Source of the DNA: an uncultured Pseudomonadota bacterium
GTDB taxonomy: Bacteria; Oederibacteriota; Muellerivitia; Muellerivitales; Muellerivitaceae
NCBI GenBank assembly: GCA_963836235.1
Contig: CAWIIP010000002.1
Coordinates: 1,856,001-1,920,000 of the forward strand
Direction: 5' to 3'
Length of the DNA stretch: 64,000 bases
The position numbers and the translations under genes were made by a program. Below, in pieces: positions 39,647 through 48,992 of the stretch. Position 1 is the stretch's first letter. Each line of letters begins with the position of its first letter. The notes under the pieces were generated by a model. The model worked only from the letters and a program-made list of their open reading frames with translations. It had not been told where the DNA came from and ran no database searches.

Positions 39647-39886
39647 GAAGGCCTTCGTCCTAATTTTTGGAAATGATGGAAAGGAAAAAGGTAGGGAAAG
39701 AGGATTTTTCGAAAAGGATTTTTGAACGGATTCCCATAACAGCGCCACCTGAAAGCGGTTTCTTTGATGGGATAAAGTTACACCTTTAGGAGGATGTGGT
39801 ATTTCACTATTGAATCATCTGGATGGTATTTTTGACGCATAACTTAAAGACTTAAACACTCCTGAAACAGTCCAAGGATGGTACCG

Positions 39887-41698
39887 TCAGGCGCCAGAGG
39901 CGTTGCGGAACTGCTGGGGAGTCCCGCGGTTTTTCTTTTTGAAGGCCCGGATGAAATAACCGCTGGAGGAAAATCCGCATTCCTGGGCGATTCGCGCGAC
40001 GCTGAGCCGGCTGGCCCGAAGCAGGCTTTTGGCTTCCGCGAGCCTTACCTGCTGGACGTACTCGTTGAATCCCATTCCCATCCATTTCCGGGCGTAACGG
40101 TGAAGGGAGGCGCGGGAAAACCCCATTTGGCGGGCCGCCTGGCCAGCCGTCAGGGGCGACCGGAAATGCCCCGCCACGTAGGCCTTCAAATCCTTCACGG
40201 TGGCGGCCATTTCGGCGGTGGAAGGCTTCAGCGCGAATTTAAGGAATACCCCGAGAGCATCCTTGAAGGCGGCGATCAGGTCGTGGGTCGCGCGCGATTT
40301 TTCCAAACGGGAAATCCAATCGCCCAACAGCCCGGAAAGCCTGCCGGAGGGCAGCAGTAATTTCCTTTCCAATTGGGCGCCGTAGAGGGAAAGGGTGCAG
40401 ATCAGGTGTACCCGCGCCAGGTCCGCCCGCCCGGCGCTGTGGTGGATGACGTCGTGGATATATTGGTCCAGGGCGGCGGCTTTTTCCGCCTTCGAATCCT
40501 TGAGGAACGCCTCGGTCAAACCCTGGGCATCGGGCCAGGGCGTCCCCTGCGAGGGTGGATGGCTTTCCGAAGCGGCGATCTCATCGTAGGAAAACTGTTT
40601 TTTATTTTGATGAATGGCCCACTGCAGGGCCAGCAGGGCCTCCTGGCGGGAAGCGTTCAGCCCATCCCCCTCGAACCGGACGGATCCGATGCCGATGAGG
40701 GCCTGGGTGTGAAAGATTCTTCCCATCTTTTCGGAGAGGGAGCGGGCTTTTTCCATTAATTGCAATTTGGCTTGGGTTGGGTTGGCGCCCGGCCGGGGCG
40801 AGGTGAGAAAGACCAAGCCTTCGTCCCCCAAGGGAAAGGCGACGGTCTCACCCAGGCGTTGGGCCAGGAAAAAGCCCTCCCGCTCCAGGTGCTTTTGGCG
40901 GATCATACTGTCCACATCGTCCAGGCCGCGGCCCCGCTCATCCACCAGCAGGAGGGCCATGGCCACCGTCGGCATCCGCCTCATTTTGGTGACGGTGATG
41001 TCGTTCTGGCCGAAACGCTTGTCCGGCCAGGGTTGGTCCGATCCCTGGATATCCAATCCCAGCGCCTTGCGGGGCCATTCCACGTTCAGTTTCCATTTCG
41101 TGAAGACCTTGTGGTTGAGTTCGGTCGCCCGCGAGATGATTTCCTCCGGATTCCCCTCGCCCGATATCAGGGAAGCTACCATCCCGAGCAGTTCCAGGTG
41201 CGCCCGGGCTTGGGGTCCGTCCAAAAGCGGCATGTTCACAGCGTTGAAGACGAAACCCTTGAAGTCCGGGTCTTCGGGGGGAGGAAATTTGCCGGTCCAT
41301 GATTTCCATTGCTGTTCCAACTGCCTTCGTTTGGGAATGTCTTTCAGGGAAAATCCAGACGTGATAAAAGCCACACACTTTCCCCCGCTTAAAACCGGGA
41401 CGAAATAATTGTAAAAGCCCGAAAAGCGGGTACAGACCGGGCGTTTGTCCGCTATCAAACGCCTGAAATTAATCTGGTTGTAATGGTCGTGGTCCTGCCC
41501 GAACCGGTTCTCATAGTTCACGATTCCAAAATTCTTGGGGGGAGGCTGAAGGCAAAGCCATTGGTTCGGTTTGTCCTTCGTCACCAAAAAACAGGACATT
41601 TCGGTGTAGTAGCGGAAGTTATTGAATATGGCCTCAAAAGCCCGGAAAGTTTGGACCGTGGGCGAGGCAAAATCCCCAAAAGAATGGCCTTGGCTCAT
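39887..41698 (-). CDS. AraC family regulator with N-terminal PocR-like sensor and central degenerate GGDEF/CdaR-like region
   Basis: C-terminal HTH (RLAEAKSLL...IAQECGFSSSGYF.R.FKK..GTP..FR); GF..YFVPV..G..VAFI.SG; IGIG....L..S..EA..AL. Confidence 0.85.
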   Translation of the reverse strand: MSQGHSFGDFASPTVQTFRAFEAIFNNFRYYTEMSCFLVTKDKPNQWLCLQPPPKNFGIVNYENRFGQDHDHYNQINFRRLIADKRPVCTRFSGFYNYFVPVLSGGKCVAFITSGFSLKDIPKRRQLEQQWKSWTGKFPPPEDPDFKGFVFNAVNMPLLDGPQARAHLELLGMVASLISGEGNPEEIISRATELNHKVFTKWKLNVEWPRKALGLDIQGSDQPWPDKRFGQNDITVTKMRRMPTVAMALLLVDERGRGLDDVDSMIRQKHLEREGFFLAQRLGETVAFPLGDEGLVFLTSPRPGANPTQAKLQLMEKARSLSEKMGRIFHTQALIGIGSVRFEGDGLNASRQEALLALQWAIHQNKKQFSYDEIAASESHPPSQGTPWPDAQGLTEAFLKDSKAEKAAALDQYIHDVIHHSAGRADLARVHLICTLSLYGAQLERKLLLPSGRLSGLLGDWISRLEKSRATHDLIAAFKDALGVFLKFALKPSTAEMAATVKDLKAYVAGHFRSPLTAGQAARQMGFSRASLHRYARKWMGMGFNEYVQQVRLAEAKSLLRASRLSVARIAQECGFSSSGYFIRAFKKKNRGTPQQFRNASGA

Positions 41699-41764
41699 TC
41701 TTTTATTATGTGATGAATCGCGGGCAGGGGCAATGTGGTTGCCCGGTAAAAGGGAGGAGCCCTT

Positions 41765-42808
41765 CTATTTCAACGAGGCGATGTCGATCACGAAGCGGTA
41801 TTTCACGTCCCCCTTGAGCATGCGCTCGTAGGCCTCGTTGATCTTCTGCATGGGAATCACTTCCACGTCGGAGGTGATACCTTTCTCGCCGCAGAAATCC
41901 AGCATCTCCTGGGTTTCCTTGATGCCCCCGATGAGCGACCCGGCCAGGCTCTTGCGGCCCATCAAAAGGGGGAAGATCCCCAGGGGCACTGGCTCCGGCG
42001 GGGCCCCGACCTGCACCATGGCCCCGTCTTTTTGAAGCAGCGTCAGGAAAGCCGTCACGTCGAATTTGGCCGAGACCGTTCCCAGGATGAACTTGAACTT
42101 CCCGGCGTTCTGCGTGAAGGTTTCGGGTGACTTGCTGTTGAGGAAATGTTTCGCGCCCAACTTCAGGGCATCGTCTTTCTTGTTGTCCGAGGTGGAGATC
42201 ACCGTTACGTCCGCGCCCATGGCCGCGGCAAGTTTCACCCCCATATGGCCCAAGCCCCCCAGCCCCACCACCGCCACCGCGTCCCCCGCCTTCACCTTCC
42301 AATGCTTCAGGGGCGAATAGGTGGTGATACCGGCGCAAAGAAGCGGCGCGGCCTTGTCCAAGGGAAGGTTCTTCGGGATATGCAAAACGAACTTCTCGTC
42401 CACCACCACGCGGGTGGAATAGCCCCCGTAGGTCGGGGTCTTGCCGTCGGCTTCCATGCCGTTGTAGGTAAAATTTCCTTTGGCGCAATACTGCTCTTCC
42501 CCGTCACGGCAGGTTTGGCATTCGCCGCAGGATCCCACCAAACAGCCCACCCCTACCGGGTCCCCGGCCTTGAAGCCCTTCACCGAGGCCCCCACTTGCA
42601 GTACCTTGCCCACGATCTCGTGGCCCGGCACCACCGGGAACATGGTGAAACCCCATTCGTTGCGGGCGAAATGGATGTCGGTGTGGCAGACCCCACAGTA
42701 GAGGATGTCGATCACCACATCCTTGGGCCCCGGCTCCCGGCGCTGGATATCCCAGGGTGCGAGCGGGCTGGCGGAATTTTGGGCGGCAAAGGCTTTGATG
42801 GTTGTCAT
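41765..42808 (-). CDS. Zn-dependent NAD(P) alcohol dehydrogenase (cinnamyl/YahK type)
   Basis: CGVCHTD, GHEIVG, C..C..C.......C, APLLCAGITTYSPL, GLGGLG. Confidence 0.96.
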   Translation of the reverse strand: MTTIKAFAAQNSASPLAPWDIQRREPGPKDVVIDILYCGVCHTDIHFARNEWGFTMFPVVPGHEIVGKVLQVGASVKGFKAGDPVGVGCLVGSCGECQTCRDGEEQYCAKGNFTYNGMEADGKTPTYGGYSTRVVVDEKFVLHIPKNLPLDKAAPLLCAGITTYSPLKHWKVKAGDAVAVVGLGGLGHMGVKLAAAMGADVTVISTSDNKKDDALKLGAKHFLNSKSPETFTQNAGKFKFILGTVSAKFDVTAFLTLLQKDGAMVQVGAPPEPVPLGIFPLLMGRKSLAGSLIGGIKETQEMLDFCGEKGITSDVEVIPMQKINEAYERMLKGDVKYRFVIDIASLK

Positions 42809-42987
42809 AAGAATCCTCCTGGGGTTTGGTTCAACCGCCTGAAACTACTCCAGAGCCGGGGAAAATAGCAATGGACTTACCAGGAAGTAACAAGAGGGCC
42901 CCTGTGCTGAGCCCCACAAGGCGAGGCACAAGCCTTGGGTGTGCCAGGTCCATAGTTATTATAAGGACCTGGTAGCGGCATGAGCTT

Positions 42988-43371
42988 TTAGGCTTTTCGC
43001 GGAAAAGCCTTATTCGAGAAATAGTACGAAGCCGACATGAGGATCAAAACGGTGAAGGGAATCGGGGCATGGGCGTAGTCCCCGGCGAGTAAATGGGACG
43101 CGGTCGCGCCCAGAAACATGAAGGTATAACCGGCGTAGGCCCACTCTTTCATCAGCGGAATCCGGCCCGTTAAGATCGCCAAAGCTCCCAGGATTTTCGA
43201 GGCCCCCAAAATTTTCATCAGATAAAGAGGATATCCCAATAGCTTAAAAGTTTGGATCACGGCCTCCGGGCCAGTCGAGAAAAGCTCAAAAACTCCCGAA
43301 CCCGCCGTGGGCAAAAGAAACAAAATCGTAAAAATCCAGAATAGGGTTTTATTCATCTTATTGGTTGACAC
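42988..43371 (-). CDS. DoxX-like membrane protein
   Basis: LGYP.Y...LG..K.LG, KEWAYAG..F...GA..SH. Confidence 0.9.
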   Translation of the reverse strand: MSTNKMNKTLFWIFTILFLLPTAGSGVFELFSTGPEAVIQTFKLLGYPLYLMKILGASKILGALAILTGRIPLMKEWAYAGYTFMFLGATASHLLAGDYAHAPIPFTVLILMSASYYFSNKAFPRKA

Positions 43372-43508
43372 GTCGTCCTCTGGTTTAAATTTTTTGATTC
43401 TTCGCCCTGATTTTTTTGTTCGAATTTAAAGTGAAGGGTATGGGTTTGCCTTTTTGTTATTTTGCTGAAATTAAAACATAAGATATTTAAAAGGCGTTAA
43501 ATATAAAA

Positions 43509-44560
43509 GCTGAATTCAACCAGTAAGTGCAACACCTAGACGAAAGACCTGCTCCGGCGTTTTGAAGCGAAGGCACTTGCGTGGACGGCTGTTGAGAGCC
43601 CGCTCCACACGTCGCACGTTCGCTGGAGTTATGGTAGCAAAATCGGTTTTCTTTGGATAGAAGCGCCGCACCAAACCATTAGTGTTTTCGACGGTTCCCT
43701 TTTCCCAACTGTGGAAAGGAAGACAGAAAAAGGAACGGGTTCCTAAGAGATTGTTAACTTGAAGATGCTCGATGTTTTCAGAGCCGTTGTCGTAAGTAAT
43801 GGTCCGGCGTAACCCCTTCGGAAAGAGGGTGAGCCGTCGATTGATAGCTGCTCGTGTTTTCGAAGCGGACTTTTGAGGCAACCAGGCGAGTTTCACGAGG
43901 CGGCTTTTTCGTTCGACCATCACCAAAAGGGAGGCTTTACTTTTTCTGGAGATGATGGTGTCCGCTTCCCAGTGACCAAATTGACGCCGCGTCTGCACGA
44001 TGGCGGGTCGTTGAGTGATCGGAGTTCGTTCTGGAATATGGCTTTTTCGATGTTTGTGCGAATGCCATCGGCGAAGCCGCTTTCGATGGGAACGAGCCAA
44101 GAGAGGGATGAGGTTTCGGGCTTCGGAATAAATGAACTGGTAGACGGCCTCGTGGGAAATGAATAGTTTGGAGTTCTCAAGGCGAAGCTGACCAGCAATT
44201 TGTTCGGGAGAAAACCCCTGATGAAGCTTACGCAAAACATGTTGTCGGATCCCTGGTTTTTTGAGACGCAGATGGGTCCGAGAGAGTTGGTTACGCTGGG
44301 TAGATCGCAGGTGAGCCCGAGCTGGTAGATAACGGCCAGGACGTAAAGGTGGTGCGTTACGCTTCAACTCTCGGGAAACACTGGACACATCACGTTCGAG
44401 GCGTCGGGCGATTTCTCGTATGGAGAGGCCTTCTGCCTTCCAAACTGCGATTTCTTCACGTTCGGCCAACGACAGGTGCTTGTAGGATTGTTTCATAAAA
44501 CTTAGGATAACCCCCGGATTCTGCCGGGGCTAAGTGTTGCACTTCGCTATTGAACTGGGG
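43509..44560 (-). mobile_element. IS30 family insertion sequence
   Basis: Imperfect terminal IRs TTCAACCAGT-AAGTGCAACACCTAG (43515-43539) and CTAAGTGTTGCACTTCGCTATTGAA (44530-44554); ends approximate; no clear target duplication. Confidence 0.9.
43516..44496 (-). CDS. IS30 family transposase
   Basis: N-terminal HTH (S.REIAR.L.R..SSVSRELKRN), SPEQI, GHWEAD, TYDNGSE, WEKGTVENTNGLVR, LNSRPRK.L. Confidence 0.97.
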   Translation of the reverse strand: MKQSYKHLSLAEREEIAVWKAEGLSIREIARRLERDVSSVSRELKRNAPPLRPGRYLPARAHLRSTQRNQLSRTHLRLKKPGIRQHVLRKLHQGFSPEQIAGQLRLENSKLFISHEAVYQFIYSEARNLIPLLARSHRKRLRRWHSHKHRKSHIPERTPITQRPAIVQTRRQFGHWEADTIISRKSKASLLVMVERKSRLVKLAWLPQKSASKTRAAINRRLTLFPKGLRRTITYDNGSENIEHLQVNNLLGTRSFFCLPFHSWEKGTVENTNGLVRRFYPKKTDFATITPANVRRVERALNSRPRKCLRFKTPEQVFRLGVALTG

Positions 44561-45136
44561 ACTGCCCCAATTGTGATAAGCCCAAGAGAGCTGATCATCT
44601 AATTTGTTCTTTTCTGCGAACTCTATAATTTTGCGATGATAACTCTCGATATCGGGACTTTCTAATCGAATTAACATCGAACCTTTTGCGGTCATTGAAT
44701 GAAAAATAAGATTCGTATCTTTTAAACTTTTGGCTGACTCCAACGCTTTTTCTGACTCATACAAAGCGAGGGTATACTCTTGGTTCTTTTCATAAACGGA
44801 ATACATAAGTTGATGGAAAAGTATCTTGTCTTCCAAATTCAAAGCATCCAATTTTACTTCTCTTAAAAGTTGTAAGTGATTTTCATCCGCTTTAAAGGAA
44901 TGGACATAAAGGGACGCGGCAATTTGTTCGAGATTCTCTTTCGAGATTAATCGATTTTCAGGAAAACATTTTTCAAATGATTTCAAATCGGGAGGGTTGA
45001 GAAATGCTTTTTTAATATTTACCGAAATATCATGTTTTAATTTTCTTATCGCTTCAGAATCTTGCTGAGTAACATCGGGCGAATTTATGTTTTCTGTTTT
45101 GCCTTGATCTTGATCCATTTCAATGACCTTCCCCAA
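44561..45136 (-). pseudogene. low-GC helical (TPR-like) protein, 3'-truncated by IS30
   Basis: ORF runs into the IS30 IR after ...SWAYHNWGS; visibly AT-rich. Confidence 0.65.
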
Positions 45137-45229
45137 AAGTTCGATCTAATTATCAGTTAAACATGCCCAACTTTCAGCCATTTCATTCATCGGTTTTTAA
45201 AGGGTTTAGGTCAAATACTAGGGATGGAA

Positions 45230-45315
45230 GTATCTTTTGGTCTACACGCAAAAAAACGAAAAGAGCTTGCGGGGGCGATGGAAGATGCTTCTTTAAGGCC
45301 TTCAATTTAAAATCA
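45230..45315 (-). repeat. degenerate copy D of the methyltransferase 3' end
   Basis: CTTTTGGTCTACACGCAAAAAAACGAAAAGAGCTTGCGGGGGCGATGGAAGA...CTTCTTTAAGG...CAATTTAAAATCA aligns to 55177-55264. Confidence 0.85.
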
Positions 45316-45534
45316 TGACCAATCTTCAAGGGGAATACCGCTTCCCTCGATAATGCTTTTGAGGGTGCCAAGGGGAAGGTCTCTTCCCTTATGAAATGGA
45401 ACAATAACCTGCTTATCCGTTTGCGGATTGCGCCATTTCTGATGGCTTCCCTTGCTTCCGACAAGCATAAAACCACCTTGTCGGAGAACACGAATAATTT
45501 CGGTTGGCTTGAGACGTGGATATTTGGAACTCAA
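45313..45534 (-). CDS. hicA: HicA family mRNA interferase toxin
   Basis: L...GF.....KGSHQKW...VIVPFH...LP.GTLKSII...G. Confidence 0.93.
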   Translation of the reverse strand: MSSKYPRLKPTEIIRVLRQGGFMLVGSKGSHQKWRNPQTDKQVIVPFHKGRDLPLGTLKSIIEGSGIPLEDWS

Positions 45535-45536
45535 TG

Positions 45537-45740
45537 TTAAAAGGCGAGCGCTTTGACTTTTGCGTTCTTGGGGAAGTGAATTTTCGGGGAAGGTTCGAGG
45601 TAAAGTTCAATCGCTTCATGAATGTTTTTCATAGCTTCTTTTTCCGTATCCCCGGAACTTGTACAACCGGGAAGCTCGGGACAATAGGCGGCGTAAGATT
45701 TGACTTGCTTGTCATATTCCAAAACAACCCTGATTTTCAT
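45537..45740 (-). CDS. hicB: short HicB family antitoxin (no DNA-binding domain)
   Basis: Y.AYCPELPGC.S.GDT..EA..NI.EAI.LYL. Confidence 0.93.
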   Translation of the reverse strand: MKIRVVLEYDKQVKSYAAYCPELPGCTSSGDTEKEAMKNIHEAIELYLEPSPKIHFPKNAKVKALAF

Positions 45741-45804
45741 GCGTTCCTCCTCTGACTTCAAAACAAATATAACAAAAGTTCAGTTCGATTCCCAGCGGAT
45801 CGGC

Positions 45805-45915
45805 CTATCTTTTGGTTAACACGCAAAAGAACCAAAAGGGCTGGCGGGGGCCGTGGAAGACGCCTTCTTTGAGGTCTTACAATTCAAAATCCTCTCCGAA
45901 AACCTTCTGAACTTT
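45805..45915 (-). repeat. copy C of the methyltransferase 3' end
   Basis: 4 mismatches over the 87 nt nearest the stop versus 55177-55263; translates VQKVFGEDFEL*DLKEGVFHGPRQPFWFFCVLTKR*. Confidence 0.95.
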
Positions 45916-46312
45916 ACGGCAAGGAATGAAATCCCTGTTCCTGGAAATGCTTGTCGAAGGTATGGACATTTTTGACGCCCTTTCGCCGCATCACTTCGAA
46001 ACTGACACAATCCACCAGGCTTAGATTCCTTCGCTTGGCCGTCAACACGGCGGCGAGGCCAGCCTCGTGGGAATTCTCATCCACCCACTCCACCGAGAGA
46101 AGCGGCACCACATCCCGATGGAATTCGGCCACGGCCTCCAAGCCCAAGCGGTTTTGAATCAGGGAGAAGGTCTCCAAGAGCGTGTAATTACTGCAAAGCA
46201 GGGACGCGTCCGATTCGAGCAGGGATTTCCATGCCTCATCCGCCTTGACGTGGAACCGGTCTTCCTTCGTTAAAAGAGCGATAAAGAAGGAGGTGTCAAT
46301 GAAGGTGGTCAC
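45914..46312 (-). CDS. vapC: VapC/PIN domain toxin
   Basis: FIDTS, LLET, SLVDCVSF, TFDKHF. Confidence 0.94.
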   Translation of the reverse strand: MTTFIDTSFFIALLTKEDRFHVKADEAWKSLLESDASLLCSNYTLLETFSLIQNRLGLEAVAEFHRDVVPLLSVEWVDENSHEAGLAAVLTAKRRNLSLVDCVSFEVMRRKGVKNVHTFDKHFQEQGFHSLP

Positions 46313-46554
46313 TTGGCGTAATCTTCAGCCAGGTACTTGTCGTGGTTGACGGAAAGATCGGAGTGCTTGGAATGGAATTTCCCCGAAATAGCGATGGCGC
46401 GTTTGCGCCGCTCTTCCGGGCTGATGCTCCCGTTTTTCAGGAACAAATCGATGCCTTGACGGATGGCCTCGGCCATGGAAATGTGGCGTTCCCCGGCGAT
46501 TTTTTTCAGGGAAACGGTTTGCTTCTTGGTCAATTGAATTTGGGTGCGGATCAT
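46309..46554 (-). CDS. CopG/RHH antitoxin (VapB-like)
   Basis: MIRTQIQL...SMAEAIRQGID...DLSVNHDKYL; overlaps vapC start. Confidence 0.92.
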   Translation of the reverse strand: MIRTQIQLTKKQTVSLKKIAGERHISMAEAIRQGIDLFLKNGSISPEERRKRAIAISGKFHSKHSDLSVNHDKYLAEDYAK

Positions 46555-46569
46555 GGCCACTCTCCTTAG

Positions 46570-46599
46570 TGATAACACTTACGTTATTATGATAACACT
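46570..46599. promoter_or_regulatory. candidate autoregulatory operator of vapBC
   Basis: Direct repeat TGATAACACT twice at 20-nt spacing just upstream of the antitoxin. Confidence 0.5.
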
Positions 46600-46683
46600 A
46601 GAGAAAGTGGGGTCAATAGTTGCGAGGGCCTGAGGTTTTAAATCAAGGATTCGCCGGATGGAAGACCCATTCTTTGATGTCTT

Positions 46684-48423
46684 TCAATCGTTTTCTTGTT
46701 TTTCCATCGCGATTTTTTGATAGATGGGGTATTGGGGTTCCCAGAATTTCTGGAGAATCCGCTGTCTTATTTCATCTTCCTCCATCGCCGGGGCGACGCC
46801 TTCTTTTTGCGCCTGCTTGACCACGGCTAGAGCGATGCGGCGGATGATGTCCTGGATGCCTTCCAGGGGGGGAAGCAGGGAAGCCGAGGGGTCGTGCAGG
46901 GCGGGGGAATAGCCCCCCAGCGCGCGGGCGGCGGCCAGGAGCATACCGTCGGTGATCCTTCGGGCCTCACAGGCGGCCACCACCAGCCCCATGGCGGGGA
47001 AGATGAAAAAATTGTTGCATTGGCCGATATGGACGCGCTTTTCCCCAAGGGCTACCGGCGAGAAGGGGGCGCCGGTGGCGATAAGAGCCCGACCCCCAGT
47101 CCAGTCCATCAGGTGCGAAGGCGTGGCCTCGGCGTGGTCGGTGGGGTTGGAGAGGGGGAAGATGACCGGGCGGTCCACCTTAGCCGCCATCTCCCTCACC
47201 AGCGGTTCGGTGAAGAGCCCGGGCTGCATGGAAACGCCGATCAGGATGGTGGCTGGAATACTCTTTATCGTCTCAAAAAGCCCCACCCGGCCCCGGGAGT
47301 CCTTGGGCCAGCCGGCGATTTTTTCAGTGGGCTGGGCGAATTTCATCTGGATGGGGGACAAGTTTTTAATGTCCTGGTGCAAGAGGCCGTCCACATCCAC
47401 CAGGTAAAAGTGGCCGAGGGCTTCGGCCTCGCTGAGCCCTTCCGCAACCATGGCGGCCAGCAGGTATTCGGCGATGCCCGTGCCCGCACCGCCCGCCCCC
47501 GCCATAACCACCTGCTGGTCGGAAAAGTTTTGGCCGGTCACTTTCAGGGCCCCCAAGATCGCCCCCGTGGAGACCGCCGCCGTGCCCTGGATGTCGTCGT
47601 TGAAGGTGCAGAGGCTGTCCCGGTACTTGTCCAGGATGGGGCGGGCGTGGGGCCTGGCAAAATCCTCCCATTGCAGAAGCACGTGGGGAAGTTTTTTGCG
47701 GACGGCCTGGACGAATTGGTCGATGAAGTCCCAATAGTCCTGGCCGGTCACGCGCTCATGGCGCCAGCCGACGTAAGTGGGGTCGCGCAAGAGACGTTCG
47801 TTGTTGGTGCCCACATCCAGAAAGATGGGCAAGGTGCGGGAAGGCTCGATGCCGCCCAGGAGCGAATAGAGGGAAAGCTTGCCGATGGGGATGCCCATGC
47901 CGCCGGCCCCTTGGTCGCCGATGCCGAGGATTCTCTCGCCGTCGGTGGCCACGATGACATCGACAAAGCGGTAGGGGCGGTTTTCCAAGATTTCCTCCAG
48001 CCGATCCCTTAAGGGGTAAGCCAAAAAGAGGCCCCGGGGCTGGCGGTAGATTTTGGAAAAGTTCATGCAGCCCTGGGCTACCACCGGGTTGTAGATGACC
48101 GGCGTCATTTCGGTAAGGTTGCGGCTGAGCAGGGCGTAGAAGAGGGTCTCGTTGGTATCCTGCAGGGCCCGCAGGAAGGTGTGGCAGTCCAGGTCGGTGT
48201 CCTGGAGCGAATAGGCGTTATAGGCCCGGTCGCACTGCTGTTCAAGGGTTTCCACCACGGGGGGAAGGAGCCCGGAGAGTTTGAACTGCTCCCTTTGCTC
48301 AAGGGTGAAGGCGGTGCCGGCGTTTAGGATGGGGTTGGTAAGGATCTGCTGGCCGGTGAGATGGGTTTTGAAAAGCGTGGAGCCCGGGGGCAGGGGAGCG
48401 CTTGGAGATTCTGGGTCCGACAT
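46684..48423 (-). CDS. maeA: NAD-dependent malic enzyme (MaeA/SfcA type)
   Basis: TDGERILGIGDQG, GKLSLY, DVGTNN, QWEDF, FNDDIQGT, GAGGAG, LSNPT, GQCNN. Confidence 0.93.
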   Translation of the reverse strand: MSDPESPSAPLPPGSTLFKTHLTGQQILTNPILNAGTAFTLEQREQFKLSGLLPPVVETLEQQCDRAYNAYSLQDTDLDCHTFLRALQDTNETLFYALLSRNLTEMTPVIYNPVVAQGCMNFSKIYRQPRGLFLAYPLRDRLEEILENRPYRFVDVIVATDGERILGIGDQGAGGMGIPIGKLSLYSLLGGIEPSRTLPIFLDVGTNNERLLRDPTYVGWRHERVTGQDYWDFIDQFVQAVRKKLPHVLLQWEDFARPHARPILDKYRDSLCTFNDDIQGTAAVSTGAILGALKVTGQNFSDQQVVMAGAGGAGTGIAEYLLAAMVAEGLSEAEALGHFYLVDVDGLLHQDIKNLSPIQMKFAQPTEKIAGWPKDSRGRVGLFETIKSIPATILIGVSMQPGLFTEPLVREMAAKVDRPVIFPLSNPTDHAEATPSHLMDWTGGRALIATGAPFSPVALGEKRVHIGQCNNFFIFPAMGLVVAACEARRITDGMLLAAARALGGYSPALHDPSASLLPPLEGIQDIIRRIALAVVKQAQKEGVAPAMEEDEIRQRILQKFWEPQYPIYQKIAMEKQEND

Positions 48424-48552
48424 AGGGACTCTTTCGCCGATCAAGGGGGAAAATTCACCGATGGTTTATCTTATATCCACGGGCCATCGAAAAATAAAGG
48501 GTTGGGGCACATATTCTACTTTAGCCCATGGCCCCCAATATCTTCGAAGAAG

Positions 48553-48628
48553 CTGTCTTTTGGTCAACAGGCAAAAAAACGAAAAAGGCTGGCGGGGGCC
48601 GTGGAAGGCCCCCTTTTTTCAATTCTTC
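48553..48628 (-). repeat. copy B of the methyltransferase 3' end
   Basis: CTTTTGGTCAACAGGCAAAAAAACGAAAAAGGCTGGCGGGGGCCGTGGAAG; translates FHGPRQPFSFFCLLTKR. Confidence 0.9.
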
Positions 48629-48653
48629 TTGGAAATACCTTCAAGGGTTTCCT

Positions 48654-48929
48654 TTATTTCTTTTCAACCAGATCCATTCCGCACTTGGGGCATTTGCCAT
48701 CAGCCGTCCTGGGGCCGCTATAGTCGCCCATGGGACAAACCCAAGTTGCCTGAACCGCCTTCGCGGCAACCGGCTTCTTCTTGGCCTTTTTGACCTTATG
48801 TTTCACCGCCGGCGTTGAAGCGGCTACCGGCGTGGAGAGGCCATCCGCTTTGCCCGCGTCATCCGCCCAAACCGACTGAACCACGACCAACAAAGCCGCA
48901 ACCATCAACAAATCCAAATATTTTTTCAT
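48654..48929 (-). CDS. periplasmic heavy-metal-binding domain (HMBD) protein
   Basis: Signal peptide; WVCPM...GKCPKCGMDL (usual CPMH His replaced by Gly). Confidence 0.85.
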   Translation of the reverse strand: MKKYLDLLMVAALLVVVQSVWADDAGKADGLSTPVAASTPAVKHKVKKAKKKPVAAKAVQATWVCPMGDYSGPRTADGKCPKCGMDLVEKK

Positions 48930-48992
48930 CACCTTGCTCCTTTTGTTTTTTGCCCAGATTTCCATTTTGGAAAGCAGGGAACAGCTCGTTCT

